Source: Hypanus sabinus (taxonomy: Eukaryota). From it: a stretch of DNA of 64,000 nt. The stretch covers positions 26,102,001 through 26,166,000 of the forward strand of contig NC_082731.1 in NCBI RefSeq assembly GCF_030144855.1, given 5' to 3'. Positions within the stretch are counted from its first letter, which is position 1. Every line of letters starts with the position of its first letter. Positions 11,531-24,798 of the stretch are shown in pieces. Position numbers and translations under genes: made by a program. The notes below the pieces were generated by a model. The model saw nothing but the letters and a program-made list of their open reading frames with translations, made no database searches and was not told where the DNA came from.

Positions 11531-14055
11531 TTTTTTTAACTTTTTTTATTGAGTTTTCAAATAATTACAGAGATAAAAGAAAATATATCAGAGAAAAAAA
11601 AATATATATATACCCTACCCCCTCCCCTTTACCACTCCCCCCTAGCATCACTATATAAAAAAGAAAGAAAGAAAGGGGGAAAATAGAAAGGAAGAAAGAA
11701 AGAAAGAGTGCCTGGATATCGGATGATCCCCACATGCTCCATGGAGTTCGTAATAACTTTAGTATATATATTTATTTATTTCCCCAAATAACCAATTATT
11801 TCATCTTCGGAGCACCTATATATTTAATCCTGTCTTTTGTAAATAAGGGCGCCAAATTTTCAAAAATGTTTCATATTTATCTCTTAAATTGTAAGTAATT
11901 TTTTCAAGTGGAATACGGCCATAAATTTCCTTCTTCCAACGATCTATACTTAAGTATGTATCCGATTTCCAAGCAACTGCAATAGCCTTTTTGGCTACGA
12001 CCAATGCAATTTTTATAAATTCTTTCTCATATTTATTCAATTTGGGTTTCGGTTTTATCTCTTCAATATCGCCTAGTAAAAATAATATTGGATTATGTGG
12101 AAGCTGTGTTCCAATAATTTGTTCCAATAAAACTCTTAAATTTGTCCAAAAATGTTGAATTATAGATCACGACCAAGTAGAATGTAAAGAAGTGCCGATG
12201 TCTTGTTTACATCGGAAACACCGATCGGATTAATTTGGGTTTAATTTATTTATTTTTGTGGTGTAATATATAATTGATGTAAAAAATTATATTGCACTAA
12301 TCTTAACCAGACATTTATTGTATTTGTCATACTATCAAGACATAGTCTTGACCAATTTGTTTCTTCAATTTTAATATTCAAGTCACTTTCCTATTTTTGT
12401 CTTGATTATGGACTCCTTGTTTAATTGCGTGTTTTTGAATCAAGTTATACATATAAGAAATAATTTTTTAAATCTTTCCTTTATGAATTGAAGTTTCTAT
12501 TTCATTCGATTTCGGCAATAACATTGTTTGACCAAATTTTTCTCTTAAATAAGCTCTTAGTTGGAAGTATCAAAAAAGAGTATTGTTTGATACTTTATAT
12601 TTATTCTTTAATTGATCAAATGACATTAATAGACCTCCTTCAAAACAATCTCCTATCTATCTAATCCCTTTTAGAAACCAATTATATAAAAGTTGATTAT
12701 CCATTGTAAAAGGAATGTCTATTTTGAATTAAAGATCTCTTTGCTATTAAAGATTTCTTTGTCTCATCATCAACATTTATCTTATTCCATAAGTCAATCA
12801 AATGTTTTAATATAGGAGTGTGGCGACCCATTTCCTGGCACATCCGAACCGACTCACAATTAGATAGCCTACGGGGGTTTGCGAGCACAGAGCTTTGGAG
12901 CCTCTGCGCCACGGGGGGCAGGTTGAGGGAGGCTTAAAAGCAAGGCTGGGTATTTCGAATAAAGTTTTTCTTCGACTGCAGTTACCGACTCCGTGTCGTA
13001 ATTTTAGCGCTGCATGTAGCACACAGCTACAGGAGATTCTTTCTTTTCCCGTATCCATTTAGATTCCCATTTACATATAAAACCTTCTGGTGTATTTTCT
13101 CCTATTTTATCTAGTTCTGTTCCAATCCATGCCGGTTTATCTTTCTCAACAATAGATGCAATAATTCTAAGTTGGCTTGCTTTATAATAATTCTTAAAAT
13201 TTGGAAGTTGTAACCCTCCTAGATCAAATTTCCATGTCAATTTTTCCAACGAAATTCTTGACATCTTACCTTTCCAAAGAAACTTCCTGACATATTTGTT
13301 TAACTCTTGAAAAAACTTCTGAGGTAGTTCTATTGGTAATGATTGAAATAGGTATTGTAGTCTAAGGAATATATTCATTTTTATGGTATTTACTCTACCG
13401 ACTAATGTTATTGGTAATACCATCCATTTATCAAGATGTTCTTGAATTTCTTTCAGTAATGGTAAGTAATTTAATTTATACAAGTTCTTTATATCATTAT
13501 CAACTCTGATACCTAAATATTTTATTCCATTTGTCGGCCATCTAAATTGAGTTATTAATCGACATTGACTATATTCTCCTTTACTAAGAGGTAAATTTTC
13601 ACTTTTATCCCAATTTATTTTATAACCTGATATTTTCCCATATTCTTCTAACCTATAGGTTAATTTACGCAACGAGTGCAATGGGTTTGTTAAATAAAGC
13701 AGAACATCATCAGCAAATAAGTTAATCTTATATTCTTCCTGATTAACTCTAAAACCCTTAATATTTGGGTCCATTCTAATTAATTCAGCTAATGGTTCCA
13801 TCGCCAACACGAATAAAGCAGGTGATAATGGACAACCTTGCCTAGTTGACCTTGTTAGCTGAAATGGTGTTGAAATTTGACCATTTGTCACTACTTTAGC
13901 TTTGGGATTAGTATTTAAGGTTTTAATCCATTTTATAAAAGATACTCTTAATCCATATTTTTCCAATACTTTAAATAAAAAATCCCATTCCAATCTATCA
14001 GATGCTTTTTCTGCATCCAAAGCAACTGCCACAGTCATTTCTTCCCTCTTTTGTG
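11531..14055 (-). mobile_element. 5'-truncated L1/Tx1-like LINE insertion with poly(A) end and candidate 12-bp TSD
   Basis: RT ORF 13004-14038 (RQGCPLSP, LFADD) and C-terminal ORF 11816-12127; T-rich end at 11531; flanks AGCCCCAACCTG / AGCCTCAAACTG; absent at the paralogous site (~28727). Confidence 0.9.
12819..13031 (+). mobile_element. 213-bp solo LTR nested in the L1 ORF2
   Basis: TGTGGC...GCTACA termini, internal AATAAA, 4-bp TSD GGAG (12815-12818 / 13032-13035); removing it rejoins the L1 frame (EKKESP|ILKHLIDLW). Confidence 0.8.
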
Positions 14056-14309
14056 AGCCTCAAACTGGTTTGATTAACATGTACTTTACTACATTAACCA
14101 GTGCTGCTGATGATTCAGTAAAAGTGGTTTTGAGATAAAGTACTGACTTTTATAAAGCACCTTTGATGGTGTCCCCGAACTCTCACAAGTAATGAAATAG
14201 TTTCAAAGTACAGCGCTGTTGTAGAGTCTGGAATGTGGAGCCACTCTGAACACAGCTGAATCCGCAAACGGCAAGGTGTGAACGATCAGACAGTCTGTTC
14301 TTCATTTGC

Positions 14310-15915
14310 AATCTTTTTTATTGAATTAAAACAAATTATATGAACAGATACAAATCAAGAGAGGATATATCAAATACATAATACAATAAACGTAGACAAA
14401 GAAAAGGATATACACTGTCAAAATCGAACTCTGTCTAAGATTTTAGCCAATAGACTTGAGAATATCTTGCCTACTGTTATCTCAAATGATCAAACTGGAT
14501 TTATTAAAAATAGGTATTCACTTTTTAATGTTCGAAGATTGTTAAATATTACTTATTCTCCCTCAGTTAAAGGATCTGAATGCATTGTGTCTCTGGATGC
14601 AGAGAATGCTTTTGACAGGGTAAAGTGGCCTTATTTGTTCCAGGTTTTGAATAGTTTTAATTTTGGTCGGGGATTTATTTCCTGGATCAAACTGATTTAT
14701 CAAGCCTCGAAGACCTGCGGTTGTAACTAATAATCAAAAATCTCCTTATTTCAGATTATATAGAGGAACAGGTCAGGGTTGTCCTCTCAGTCCTTTTTCG
14801 TTTAATTTGGCATCAGAATCACTTGCTGTTGTTCTTAGGGATTATAATTCTGTTCAGGGTATTAAGAGAGGGGGATAAACTACATAAAGTCTCATTATAT
14901 GTAGATGATTTATCAGTTTACATTTCAGACCCTAGAAATCTATTCCCGCTATGCTATCAATATTTACTGAATTTGGTATTTTGTCTGGATATAAATTAAA
15001 TTTTCATAAAAGTGAATTATTTTCCATTAGTAATTACTCTGATTATCATGATCAAATACAATTTAATATTGCTAAAAATTATTTTGCCTATCTTGGTATT
15101 AAAATTACTAAAAATTTTAAAGACTTATATAAGTTTAATTTCCTTCCCCTAAACGAATATACACAACTAACGTTTTCCAAATGGTCGCCTATGACGATGT
15201 CTTTGATTGGTCGAATAAATGCTACAAAAATGGTAACACTACCAAAATTTTTACATACGTTTCAGGCGGTTCTATCCTTTGTCCCGAAACCGTTCTTTGA
15301 CAGAATAGATTCTATGATGTTGTCATACATTTTGAATACTAAAAGTTCTGGAGTGCAAAATGCTTTACTGCAAAAATTAATCAACCGGAGGACAGGTGTT
15401 AGCAAATTTTAGATTTTATTTTTGGGCAATTAATATCCGTTATATCACTTATTGGATTTACGGTATAGTTAATCAGGACTGTCCTTCATGGTTAGAATTG
15501 GAGGAGAACTCGGTAAGGGGGTTTTCTTTTGATTCTTTACTGGGAGCTCCTCTTCCCTTTTTGGTCTCTATGATAGGTAGACAATGTCTGAGTCCGATTG
15601 TTAAAAATACATTAAAAAATGGTTTCAGTTTGACTTAAATAACTTTGTTCTCTCCAGTAATATACATTTTAACGTTGTTTGAAAACATCAATTCTGGACA
15701 AGGCATTTTTTAATGGAAAACTAAGGGGATAAAAACTGATTTAGATTTGTTTTTAGAGGATTATTTGATGTCCTTTTTGCAGTTAGTGGATAAGTATGAT
15801 ATACCTAATGCACAACTATTTAGGTACTTACAAATTAAGAATGTTTTCCTGATTTCTTCCCAAATTATCCATTTGTTAATTTACCGACTATGACAGAGGC
15901 TATTTTCCATAGCAT
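14310..15915 (+). mobile_element. L1/Tx1-like ORF2 fragment (cassette copy 2) preceded by an inverted LINE-like 3' end
   Basis: KILANRLENILPTVISNDQTGF, GCPLSP and INATKMVTLPK motifs; frameshifted. Confidence 0.85.
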
Positions 15916-16449
15916 TGACGAGGCATGCTGGTTCCGCTAGGGCTCACTGGACTTAAATCAGAATGATACGTCCTACCACACTATTTGAAGTAGTCATTAA
16001 GCCGTGCTCCCTGTTAATGTTAGACAGGAAGGATTGATGCATGGGGAGAACCTGTGACTGATGTCTAAACCTTCCTGTCCACTGGCTGATGTCTCCCAGC
16101 CCCTGCCTTTCAGGAGGAAACCTGTCCACTGACTTGTGTCTCTCATTCGTTTTCGCCGGGGTCCTCTGCGTTTCAGTTTGCACAAACTGTTTGTCACCGA
16201 AAGTGATGAGTATGACAGATCTTCAATCCGGATCTAGTCACTGCCGGTGGCCTGTCTCCTGTACAGAGACGAATGTGTTTTGGAAAATTGAAATCTCTGA
16301 TGGGGGCGGGGACAGGAAATTCTGTCTCTGGTTTCATTGTGTGGGAGTCCTTACAAGCTGAGGCTGCTCCTCTCACTGGCAGTCTCCTCCTGTATTTGAA
16401 CAGCGCTCTCGACTTCTCGCGAAAAATCCGGTCTCAACTAAAGCTGCTG

Positions 16450-16941
16450 ATGTCAAAAATATTCAAGTCGGAATCAGTGCTCAGCGCGATAGGGACCATT
16501 CCTTATTTCTGTCTTCTCCTGCTTTGCCTTCCAGGTGTCTGTCACGCAATTTATAATCTACCCAAAGATGGCGGTTTCTCCGAGGCTTTGTGAATCTATG
16601 CTTGTGAAACATTTTCATTAATTCTGCTCTTCTTTTTTGACAGGCGTGCAGTCCAATATTCTGCTGAAACAACCGGAGTCAGCTGTGGTAAAGCTTCGAC
16701 AATCCCACAAATTGACCTGTGCAGTCAGTGGGATCAGCCTCAGCAACTATAACATGCACTGGGTGAAACAGGTCTCCGGGAAAGGGCTGGAATGGCTGGC
16801 CGCTGTATGGGCTAACGGTGACAAGAAATACGCGCCTGGAGTCGAAGGCCGATTCGATGTTGCCAAGGACAGCAGCAACGTTTATCTGCAAATGAACAAC
16901 CTGAGACTGGACGATGCGGCCACCTATTACTGTGCGGGAGA
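16450..16941 (+). CDS. Intact IgH-like (IgW-type) V segment A2: leader exon 16450-16534, intron 16535-16643, V exon 16644-16941
   Basis: NILLKQPESAVVKLRQSHKLTC...WVKQVSGKGLEWL...YYCAG; open frame, GT/AG intron. Confidence 0.92.
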
Positions 16942-16980
16942 CACAGTGAGAGAAATCGGGAGCCAACCGGGACAAAAACC
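16942..16980 (+). other. Consensus 23-spacer RSS of V A2
   Basis: CACAGTG + 23 nt + ACAAAAACC. Confidence 0.96.
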
Positions 16981-19291
16981 TGGCGACAGCGCCGAACAGT
17001 AAGGCGCAGATGGAAAGGTCAGTAATGAGCTGTCTCCCGATCGTTCTGTGCTACATCCGCTCGTCCTGATGGGTGAGGTGATAGCGTACGGGGAGGAATA
17101 TCTTTAGAGTTGGCGAGGCAGTGGATGAGTGGTGTAGAAATACTACAGCAGAGAATTGAAGGCACAATGCCTTCATAATTTCCAGGTGTCCTTGCATTAG
17201 CGGATGGGGTTTGGAAGTAGTACAGATGGTGTGGTGAGGGCACTAATTAAGGGAACGGTTTTTGATTAACGTTATTGATCTGGAATACATTGCCTGAATG
17301 AACCTGATATCCAATAGTGAGACTAGAGGTGGTACCGGAGGAGATTTGACATTCCTCAGGGTACAGGGAAGAGCAAAGAGCCAATGGGTTTACTCAGTTT
17401 GCTCAGCTAAAGGGAAGCACAGACTTTATCGGATGAATGGCCTCAAGCTCTGCTCTGTCTTTCAATAGAATCAGTATTTAGCTTGTAAATCTGGTGAACT
17501 CTTCCTCAAAGTGATTCCATCAAGCATTCCAGAGTACACAGAACAGATTACAACTACCATGTCTCGTCCTGGCAGCTACGAATTAGATAGAAAGCTCCTT
17601 CTACACGGTCCGATCCTTCCCAAGGAAGGTGCATTAGAGTGTATCCTTCCCCTAAACTGTCCCAGCACATAGTCTCGGAACATAATTTGAACTTTAATGT
17701 TCAAAAGAACTGTTTACTCTCAGTTGACAGATGGAGCAACAGCTCTAGTATCTTGCCTTCTTCGATCGTGACTGTTTTTTTTAAGTGCTTTCCTCATAAA
17801 CTAGTTTTTCTGGTGATTCGGTAAAAGAGTTGTGAGATAAAGTCCTGGCATATACAGAGTACCTTTCATTGTGCCCCGAGCACTTCAGCGGGCAAAGACG
17901 TAGATGTAAAATACGACTCTGTTACAGTGAAGGGAATATGGAGCCATTCTTTACACAACAAAATCCATGAACGTTGACCTGATAACAATCAGATAACGTA
18001 CTCATGTGATTGCTTCAAAGGAGAAATATTGTCCAGGGAATTATGGATAGAGTGATTTAATGGGTAGTCAGAATGTTGGATTCAAAGCGATGGAGGACAT
18101 GGCAGCATATGAAATCAGATAAGTAGCGCATTAGGGAGTGATCCAATGGGCAGACAGAATGTTGGATTCAGAGTGGTGGAGAATATGGCAAAGCATGAAA
18201 TCAGATCAAGAGCGCTGAGGGAGGGAAGAAAAACCACGGATCCAACCACAACAGAAGTAACAAATTTAAACTTCGGCAATAATAATCTGCAACGCATTTC
18301 GATCTGCGGTCAGATTTCCAATTTGTATTCTTTTTTAAATCTGGCATTCAGCGATAATTTCCTGTCAGAAATAATGACGTCCTTCAGGAAAGAGATCTCA
18401 CATCCTTAACTTCAGAGTCTCTTTATGACTCATGATACATCAACGTAATTGCCTCCAAACGCCCTCGGAAAGGGTACTCAGGTGGGCAATTCATTCTAAC
18501 TTCATCGGCACAGCCCAGAGCACAAATGATGAATATCTAAAATTGCCCATCTCTTCGTCAAGCCACCCGAGGCTCCATCAAATTAATACAGTACAGACAT
18601 CAATCAGACAGAATCTCATCCGATCCGGTGTTTCACCCCCATTATTTTATACAAATGTTATTTCGTTGCAAATTTCTTCAAATCTGACACACGCACCTCC
18701 AGTTCCCCCCCTTTAGCCCAGCTCTCGACCGTCAGTTTCATCGGTGTTTTTGTGAAATGCGAGGAACTGTTCGTGACAAAACTGCCGTTTCCAGGATGTA
18801 TGATTCCTTCGGCAACAAATCTGCCTGCTGGCGTTATTCTGCATCCTGCACTGCCAGCTCTGAGAAGCTCAGGGAGCATTTGCGGTTCGAGAAATAGAGT
18901 TACTGGTTTATATCAACGCCCTTTCACCAAATCCTGTCAGTCTGATATGTGACAACTAGACTACATCCAGTTTTATTTTACCGTATTTATTTTGATAAAG
19001 CCAACTTGTTTTTCATTGACTACTGCAAAACCAAAATATCTCAGGGCCATTCCCAACTCAGCCAATACGTCTCCAGTATGTCACTTGATCTGGGGGTCAA
19101 TTTCAATTTTTTTTACACATGTCAGGGCTGTTGGCGTTGAGCTGAACCCCGCCACCGTACCTAGAAGACCGGTGGATCGCTCTTGGCGCTGATTTTGGGT
19201 GTTATGAGCAGTTCTCGTCATTTTAGGAAGGAGGTGATGTTTTTTGATCTGGTAGAAAGTGTGTCACTTCTATGTTATACGTAACGAATAC

Positions 19292-22200
19292 TTAGAAATA
19301 GACAATAGGTGCACAAGGAGACCATTCGGCCCCTCGATCCTGCACCGCCATTTTGAGATCATGGCTGATCAATTACCATCAATACCCGTTTCCTGCCTTG
19401 TTCCCATTTCCCTTGATTCCCCTATTCATAAGATACCTATCTAGCTCCTTCTTGAAAGCATCCAGAGAACTGGCCGCCACTACCTTCCGAGGCAGTGCAT
19501 TCCAGACCCCCAGAACTCTCTGGGAGAAGAAGTTTTTCCTTAACTCTGTCCTAAATGACCTACCCCTTATTCGCAAACCTTGCCCTCTGGTACTGGGCTT
19601 TCCCAGCATCTGGAACATATTTCCTGCCTCTATCTTGTCCAATCCCTTAATAATCTTATATGTTTCTATCAGATCCCCTCTCAATTCCAGCCTGTACAAG
19701 CCCAGTCTCTCTAACCTCTCTGCGTAAGACAGTCCAGACATCTCAGGAATTAACCTCGTGAGTCTATGCTGCACTTCCTCTACAGCCAGGATGTCCTTCC
19801 TTAACCCTGGAGACCAAAACTGTACACAATACTCCAGGTGTGGTCTCACCAGGGCTCTGTACAAATGCAAGAGGATTTCCTTGCTCTTGTACTCAATTCC
19901 CTTTGTAATAAAGGGCAACATTCCATTAGCCTTCTTCACTGCCTGCTGCACTTGCTCATTCACCTTCAGTGACTGATGAACAAGGACTCCGAGGTCACTT
20001 TGTAATTCTCCTTTACCCAACCCTACACGGTTCAGATAATAATCTGCCTTCCTGTTCTTACTCCCAAAGTGGATAACTTCACACTTATTCACATTAAACG
20101 CCATCTGCCAAGTATCTGCCCACTCACCCAGCCTATCCAAGTCACCCTGAATTCTCCTAACATCCTCATCACATGTCACACTGCCACCCAGCTTAGTATC
20201 ATCAGCAAATTTGCTGAAGTTATTTTCTATGCCTTAATCCAAATCGTTAACGTAAGTGGTAAACAGCTGTGGTCCTAATACCGAGCCCTGTGGCACCCCA
20301 CTATCCACCACCTGCCATTCCGAGAAACACCCATTCACCGCTACCCTTTGCTTCCAACCTGCCAACCAATTTTCTATCCATGTCAATGCCTTCCCCCCGA
20401 TGCCCTGAGCTTTCATTTTACCCACCAATCTTCTATGTGGGACCTTATCAAATGCCTTCTGAAAATCGAGGTACACTACATCCACTGGATCTCCCCCGTC
20501 TAACTTCCTCCAATAACTCCAACAGATTAGTCAAGCATGACTTACCCTTGGGTAAATCCATGCTGGCTCGGCCCAATCCTATCACTGTTATCCAGATATG
20601 CCACTATTTAATCCTTAATAATGGACTCTCGCATCTTTCCCACCACCGATGTCAGGCTGACAGGTCGATAGTTCTCGGTTTTCTCCCTCCCTCCTTTCTT
20701 AAAAAGTGGGATAACATTAGCCATTCTCCAATCCTCAGGAACTGATCCTGCATCGAAAGAACATTAGAAAATGATTACCAGTGCATCCGCAATTTCCAGG
20801 GCCACCTCCTTTAGTACCCTAGGGTGCAGACCATCTGGACCTGGGGATTTGTCAGCCTTCAGTCCCATCAGTTTTCTCATTACCTTTTCCTTCCGAATGT
20901 CAATCTGTTTAATTTCCTCTGTTACCCTATGTCCTTGGCCCATCCATACATCTGGGAGATTGCTTGTGTCTTCCTTAATGAAAACAGATCATAAGTACTC
21001 ATTAACTTCTTCTGCCATTTCTCAGTTTCCCATAACATTTCACCCAATTCATTCTTCAAAGGCCCAACATTGTTCTTAACTATCTTCTGTCTCTTCACAT
21101 ACCTAAAAAAGCTTTTGCTATCTTCATTTATATTCCTTGCTAGCTTGAGTTCGTACCTCATTTTTTCTCCCCGTATTGTCTTTTTAGTTAAGTTCTGTTG
21201 TTCCTTAAAAACTTCCCAATCATCTGTCCTCCCACTCACCTTAGCTCTGTCATATTTCCTTTTTTTGAATGCTATGCAATCTCTGACTTCCTTTGTCAAC
21301 CACTGTGGCCCCTTTCCCCCCTTTGAATCCTTCCTTCTCTGGGGGATGAACTGATTTTGCACCTTGTGCATTATTCCCAAGAATACCTGCCATTGCTGTT
21401 CCACTGCCTTTTCTGCTAGGTTATCCGTCCAATCAACTTTGGCCTGCTCCTCCCTCATGGCTCCATAGTTTCCCCTGTCATCTGCAACACTGACACCTCC
21501 GAGCTGCCCTTGTCTTTCTCAAATTGCAGATAAAAGCTTATCATATTATGATCACTACCTCCTAATGGCTCTTTTACTGCAAGATCGCTTATCAAATTCT
21601 GTTCATTACATAGCACTAAATCCAGAATAGTCTTGTCCCCGTTCGGCTCTCGTACAAGCTGTTCCAAGAATGCATCCCGTAGGCACTCTAAAAACTCCCT
21701 ATCTTGGGGTCCAGCACCAACCTGATTCTCCCAGTTCACCTGCATGTTGAAATCCCTCATACCTCCTGCGACATTACCTTTGCCACATGCCAATGTTAAC
21801 TCCCTATTCAACTTGCATCCAATATCCATGCTACTGTTTGGGGGCCTGTAGACAACACCCATTTGGGTCCTTTTGCCCTTACTGTTCCTCAGTTCTATCC
21901 TCACAGACTACTTCTCCTGACGCTATGTCCCCCCTTGCAAAGGACTGAATCTCATTCCTCACCAACAGGGCCACCCCACCCCCTCTGCCACAATTCTGTC
22001 CCTACGATAGCACGTATACCCTTGTGCATTCATTTCCCAGGTCTGATCTCCCTGCAGCCATGTCTCCGTTATCCCAACAACATCATAGTTACCCAATCGC
22101 ACCTGGGCTTCAAGCTCATCCGCCTTATTTCTGACACATCGTGCATTCAGATATAGAATTTTTAGCCAATTTCTCCTCTCTCTGTTTGAATCGCTGCCTA

Positions 22201-22345
22201 TTGTGCTTACCCAGCTCCCCGAATTCCCAACGGGCTATAGGCGCCTAGGATTTTTTTGTCCTTCCTAAATTTACTTATTCTTTCAACACATTTAACTCCG
22301 TGATCCGTCAGGCCATCCCTCTGTACATGAGTCCTCCTTATCACT
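19292..22345 (-). mobile_element. CR1 LINE (APE + RT) inserted only in cassette copy 2
   Basis: ORFs 21455-21904 (GVVYRPPNS endonuclease), 20234-20485 (DFQKAFDKVPH, GVPQGSVLGP) and 19379-20179; copy 1 is uninterrupted at ~6030-6060. Confidence 0.92.
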
Positions 22346-22384
22346 TGTTCAAGTGTAAACTTAGGTTCAGAGTTCTCTACGGAA

Positions 22385-24075
22385 AAGCTTTTGTTGCGTT
22401 TTTAGGGATGACTTACAGTAGATTGAAAAGCTTAAGCATATAGACATAAAGAAAGAGGATGTGCTGGAGCTTTCGGAAAGCAATGTTGGATAATTCTCCG
22501 GGATTGGATGAGATATACCCAGGCTACTGTGGGAAGCGAGAGAAGAATTGCTGAGCCTCTGTCAATATTCTTTGCATCAACAGTGAGTATTGAAGAGGTT
22601 TCGGAGGACTGGAGCGTTGCAAATGTTGTTACCTTATTCATCAAAGGGAGTAAGTATAGCCCAGGAAATTATAAACCAGTGAATCTTACTTCAGTGGTTG
22701 GTAAGTTGATGGAGAAGATCCTGATAGGCGGAATATATGAACATTTGGAGAGGCTTAATTAGATTAGGAACATTCATCATGTTGTTTTGTTTTTCAAAGG
22801 CAAGATGTACCTTACGAGCCTGATTGGCTTTTTTGAGGTTGTGACTAAACACATTGATGAAGGTAGATTAGCAGATGTGGTGTATATTGATTTCAGCAAG
22901 TCATTTCATAAGGGTCCCCATGCAAGGCCTATTGAGAAAGTAAGGTGGCATGGGATCCAAGGGGAACATAGTTAGTGGATCCAGAATTGGCTTGCCGACA
23001 GTTCGCGAAGAGTGGTTGCAGACCGATCATATTCTGTATGGAGGTCGGTAACAAGTGATATGACTCCGTGATCTGTTCTGGGACCCCTACACCATAATTT
23101 TTGCAAATGACCTGAATGCGGAAGAGGAGAGATGGGTTAATAAATTTGCTGCTGACACAAATATTCGGGGAGCTATGGATATCCTGACGGGATGTCAAAT
23201 GTTACAGCGGAACATCGATAGGATGCAAAATTGGGCTGAGAAGTGTCCAATGGAGTTCAGCCCACACGTGTGCGAGGTGGTTCATTTTGGTAGGTCAAAT
23301 ATTATGGCAGAATATAGTATTAAAACTCTTAGATTATGGAGAATCAGAGGGATCTTGGGGTCTGCGTCGATAGGTCCCTCGATTCTGCTGCGCGGTCGGA
23401 CTCTGTAGTTAAGAATGCATACGATACATTGGCCTTCATTAACCATGGGATTGAGTTTAAGAGCCGAGAGATAATGTTACAACTGTATAGGACACAAGTC
23501 AGATTCCAACTGCAGGACTGCGCTCTGTTCTGGTCGCCCAACTAAAGGAAGAATGCGGAAACTCTAGAGAGAGTGCAATGGAAATTTACAAGTATGCTGC
23601 GTGAATTGGGGAGCATCCATTACAGGAATAGTTTGAGTGAACTCGGACTCTTCTGCTTGGAGCGGCATAGAATTAGAAGTGAGCTGATTAAAGTGTGTAA
23701 GCTGATGAGAGGCTTTTATCGTGTGGATAGTCAGAGGCTTTTTCCCAGGGCTGAAATGGCTAGCACGAGAGGGCACGGTTTTAAGGTGCTTGGAAGAAGG
23801 AACAGACGAGATGTCATGTGTATTTTTTTTTACTCAGAGTGTGGTTAGTGTGTGGAATGGGCTGCCGGCAACGGTGGTGGAGGCAGATACGATAAAGTTT
23901 TTTTAAAGAAACTCGTGGATAGGTAAGTAGAGCTTAGAAAATTAGAGTGCTATGGGTAACCATGGGTAATTTCCAATGTGCGTGCATATTCGGCACAGTA
24001 TTGTCGCCCTAAGGGAACGTGTTGTGCTGCAGGTTTTCCATGTTTCTATGTCTATGTTTCAGTGCTACCTGGATT
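22385..24075 (+). mobile_element. CR1 fragment (cassette copy 2)
   Basis: Paralog of 6060-7740. Confidence 0.88.
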
Positions 24076-24798
24076 GGCTTGTATGGTATACGAGGGGAAT
24101 TTAAACAAACAAGGAAGGCATGACCTTTTGCACTAAAGCCGAACTGCTGCAATACATAATATCAAAGAAATTAATAGGGACGATAATCAGTGTCGGAAAT
24201 GAAAGAAAGAATATCAAAAATAATACACGAGAAAATATAAAATGCGAAGACTGAAAGTATCAGGAACTACAGCAAATATTGTGGAAGCTGATACGATTGC
24301 AACATCCGAAGCCCTCCATTTCAGGCAACAGATGAAATCTATTGTCCATTCCTGGCAACTCCGGAATCACTCACCCATGCAGTTAATATCTCTGGCTTGC
24401 CTGATGACTACACCCTCGTGTTCGATGGCACAAATTCTAACTTCCAAATCACCCTCTGTAAGCATGAGTATATTCAAATGTCAGCTGCATGTGTCATCAT
24501 TTCGTGACCCTACATGCTTACCAACATTGGTCCTGGCATGGCGACAACTGGATATCCACATACTGTATATACCCCATGCTCACCGCAGTATCATGACCTT
24601 CTGCATTTTTCCCAATTTCATCACAAAACCATAACCGTTGATTCCACGCACGTTGACCCCTCTTGACTTTGCCGCGCTATCGAACGTATTGATTCGGGCC
24701 TATTATTAACGGAAAATAATCGCCCTTGAAAAATAGACTTTGGTATATTGGTGGAAACCGTATAAACAACGGAATCCAAAGAGGCACAAAGAGAACTG

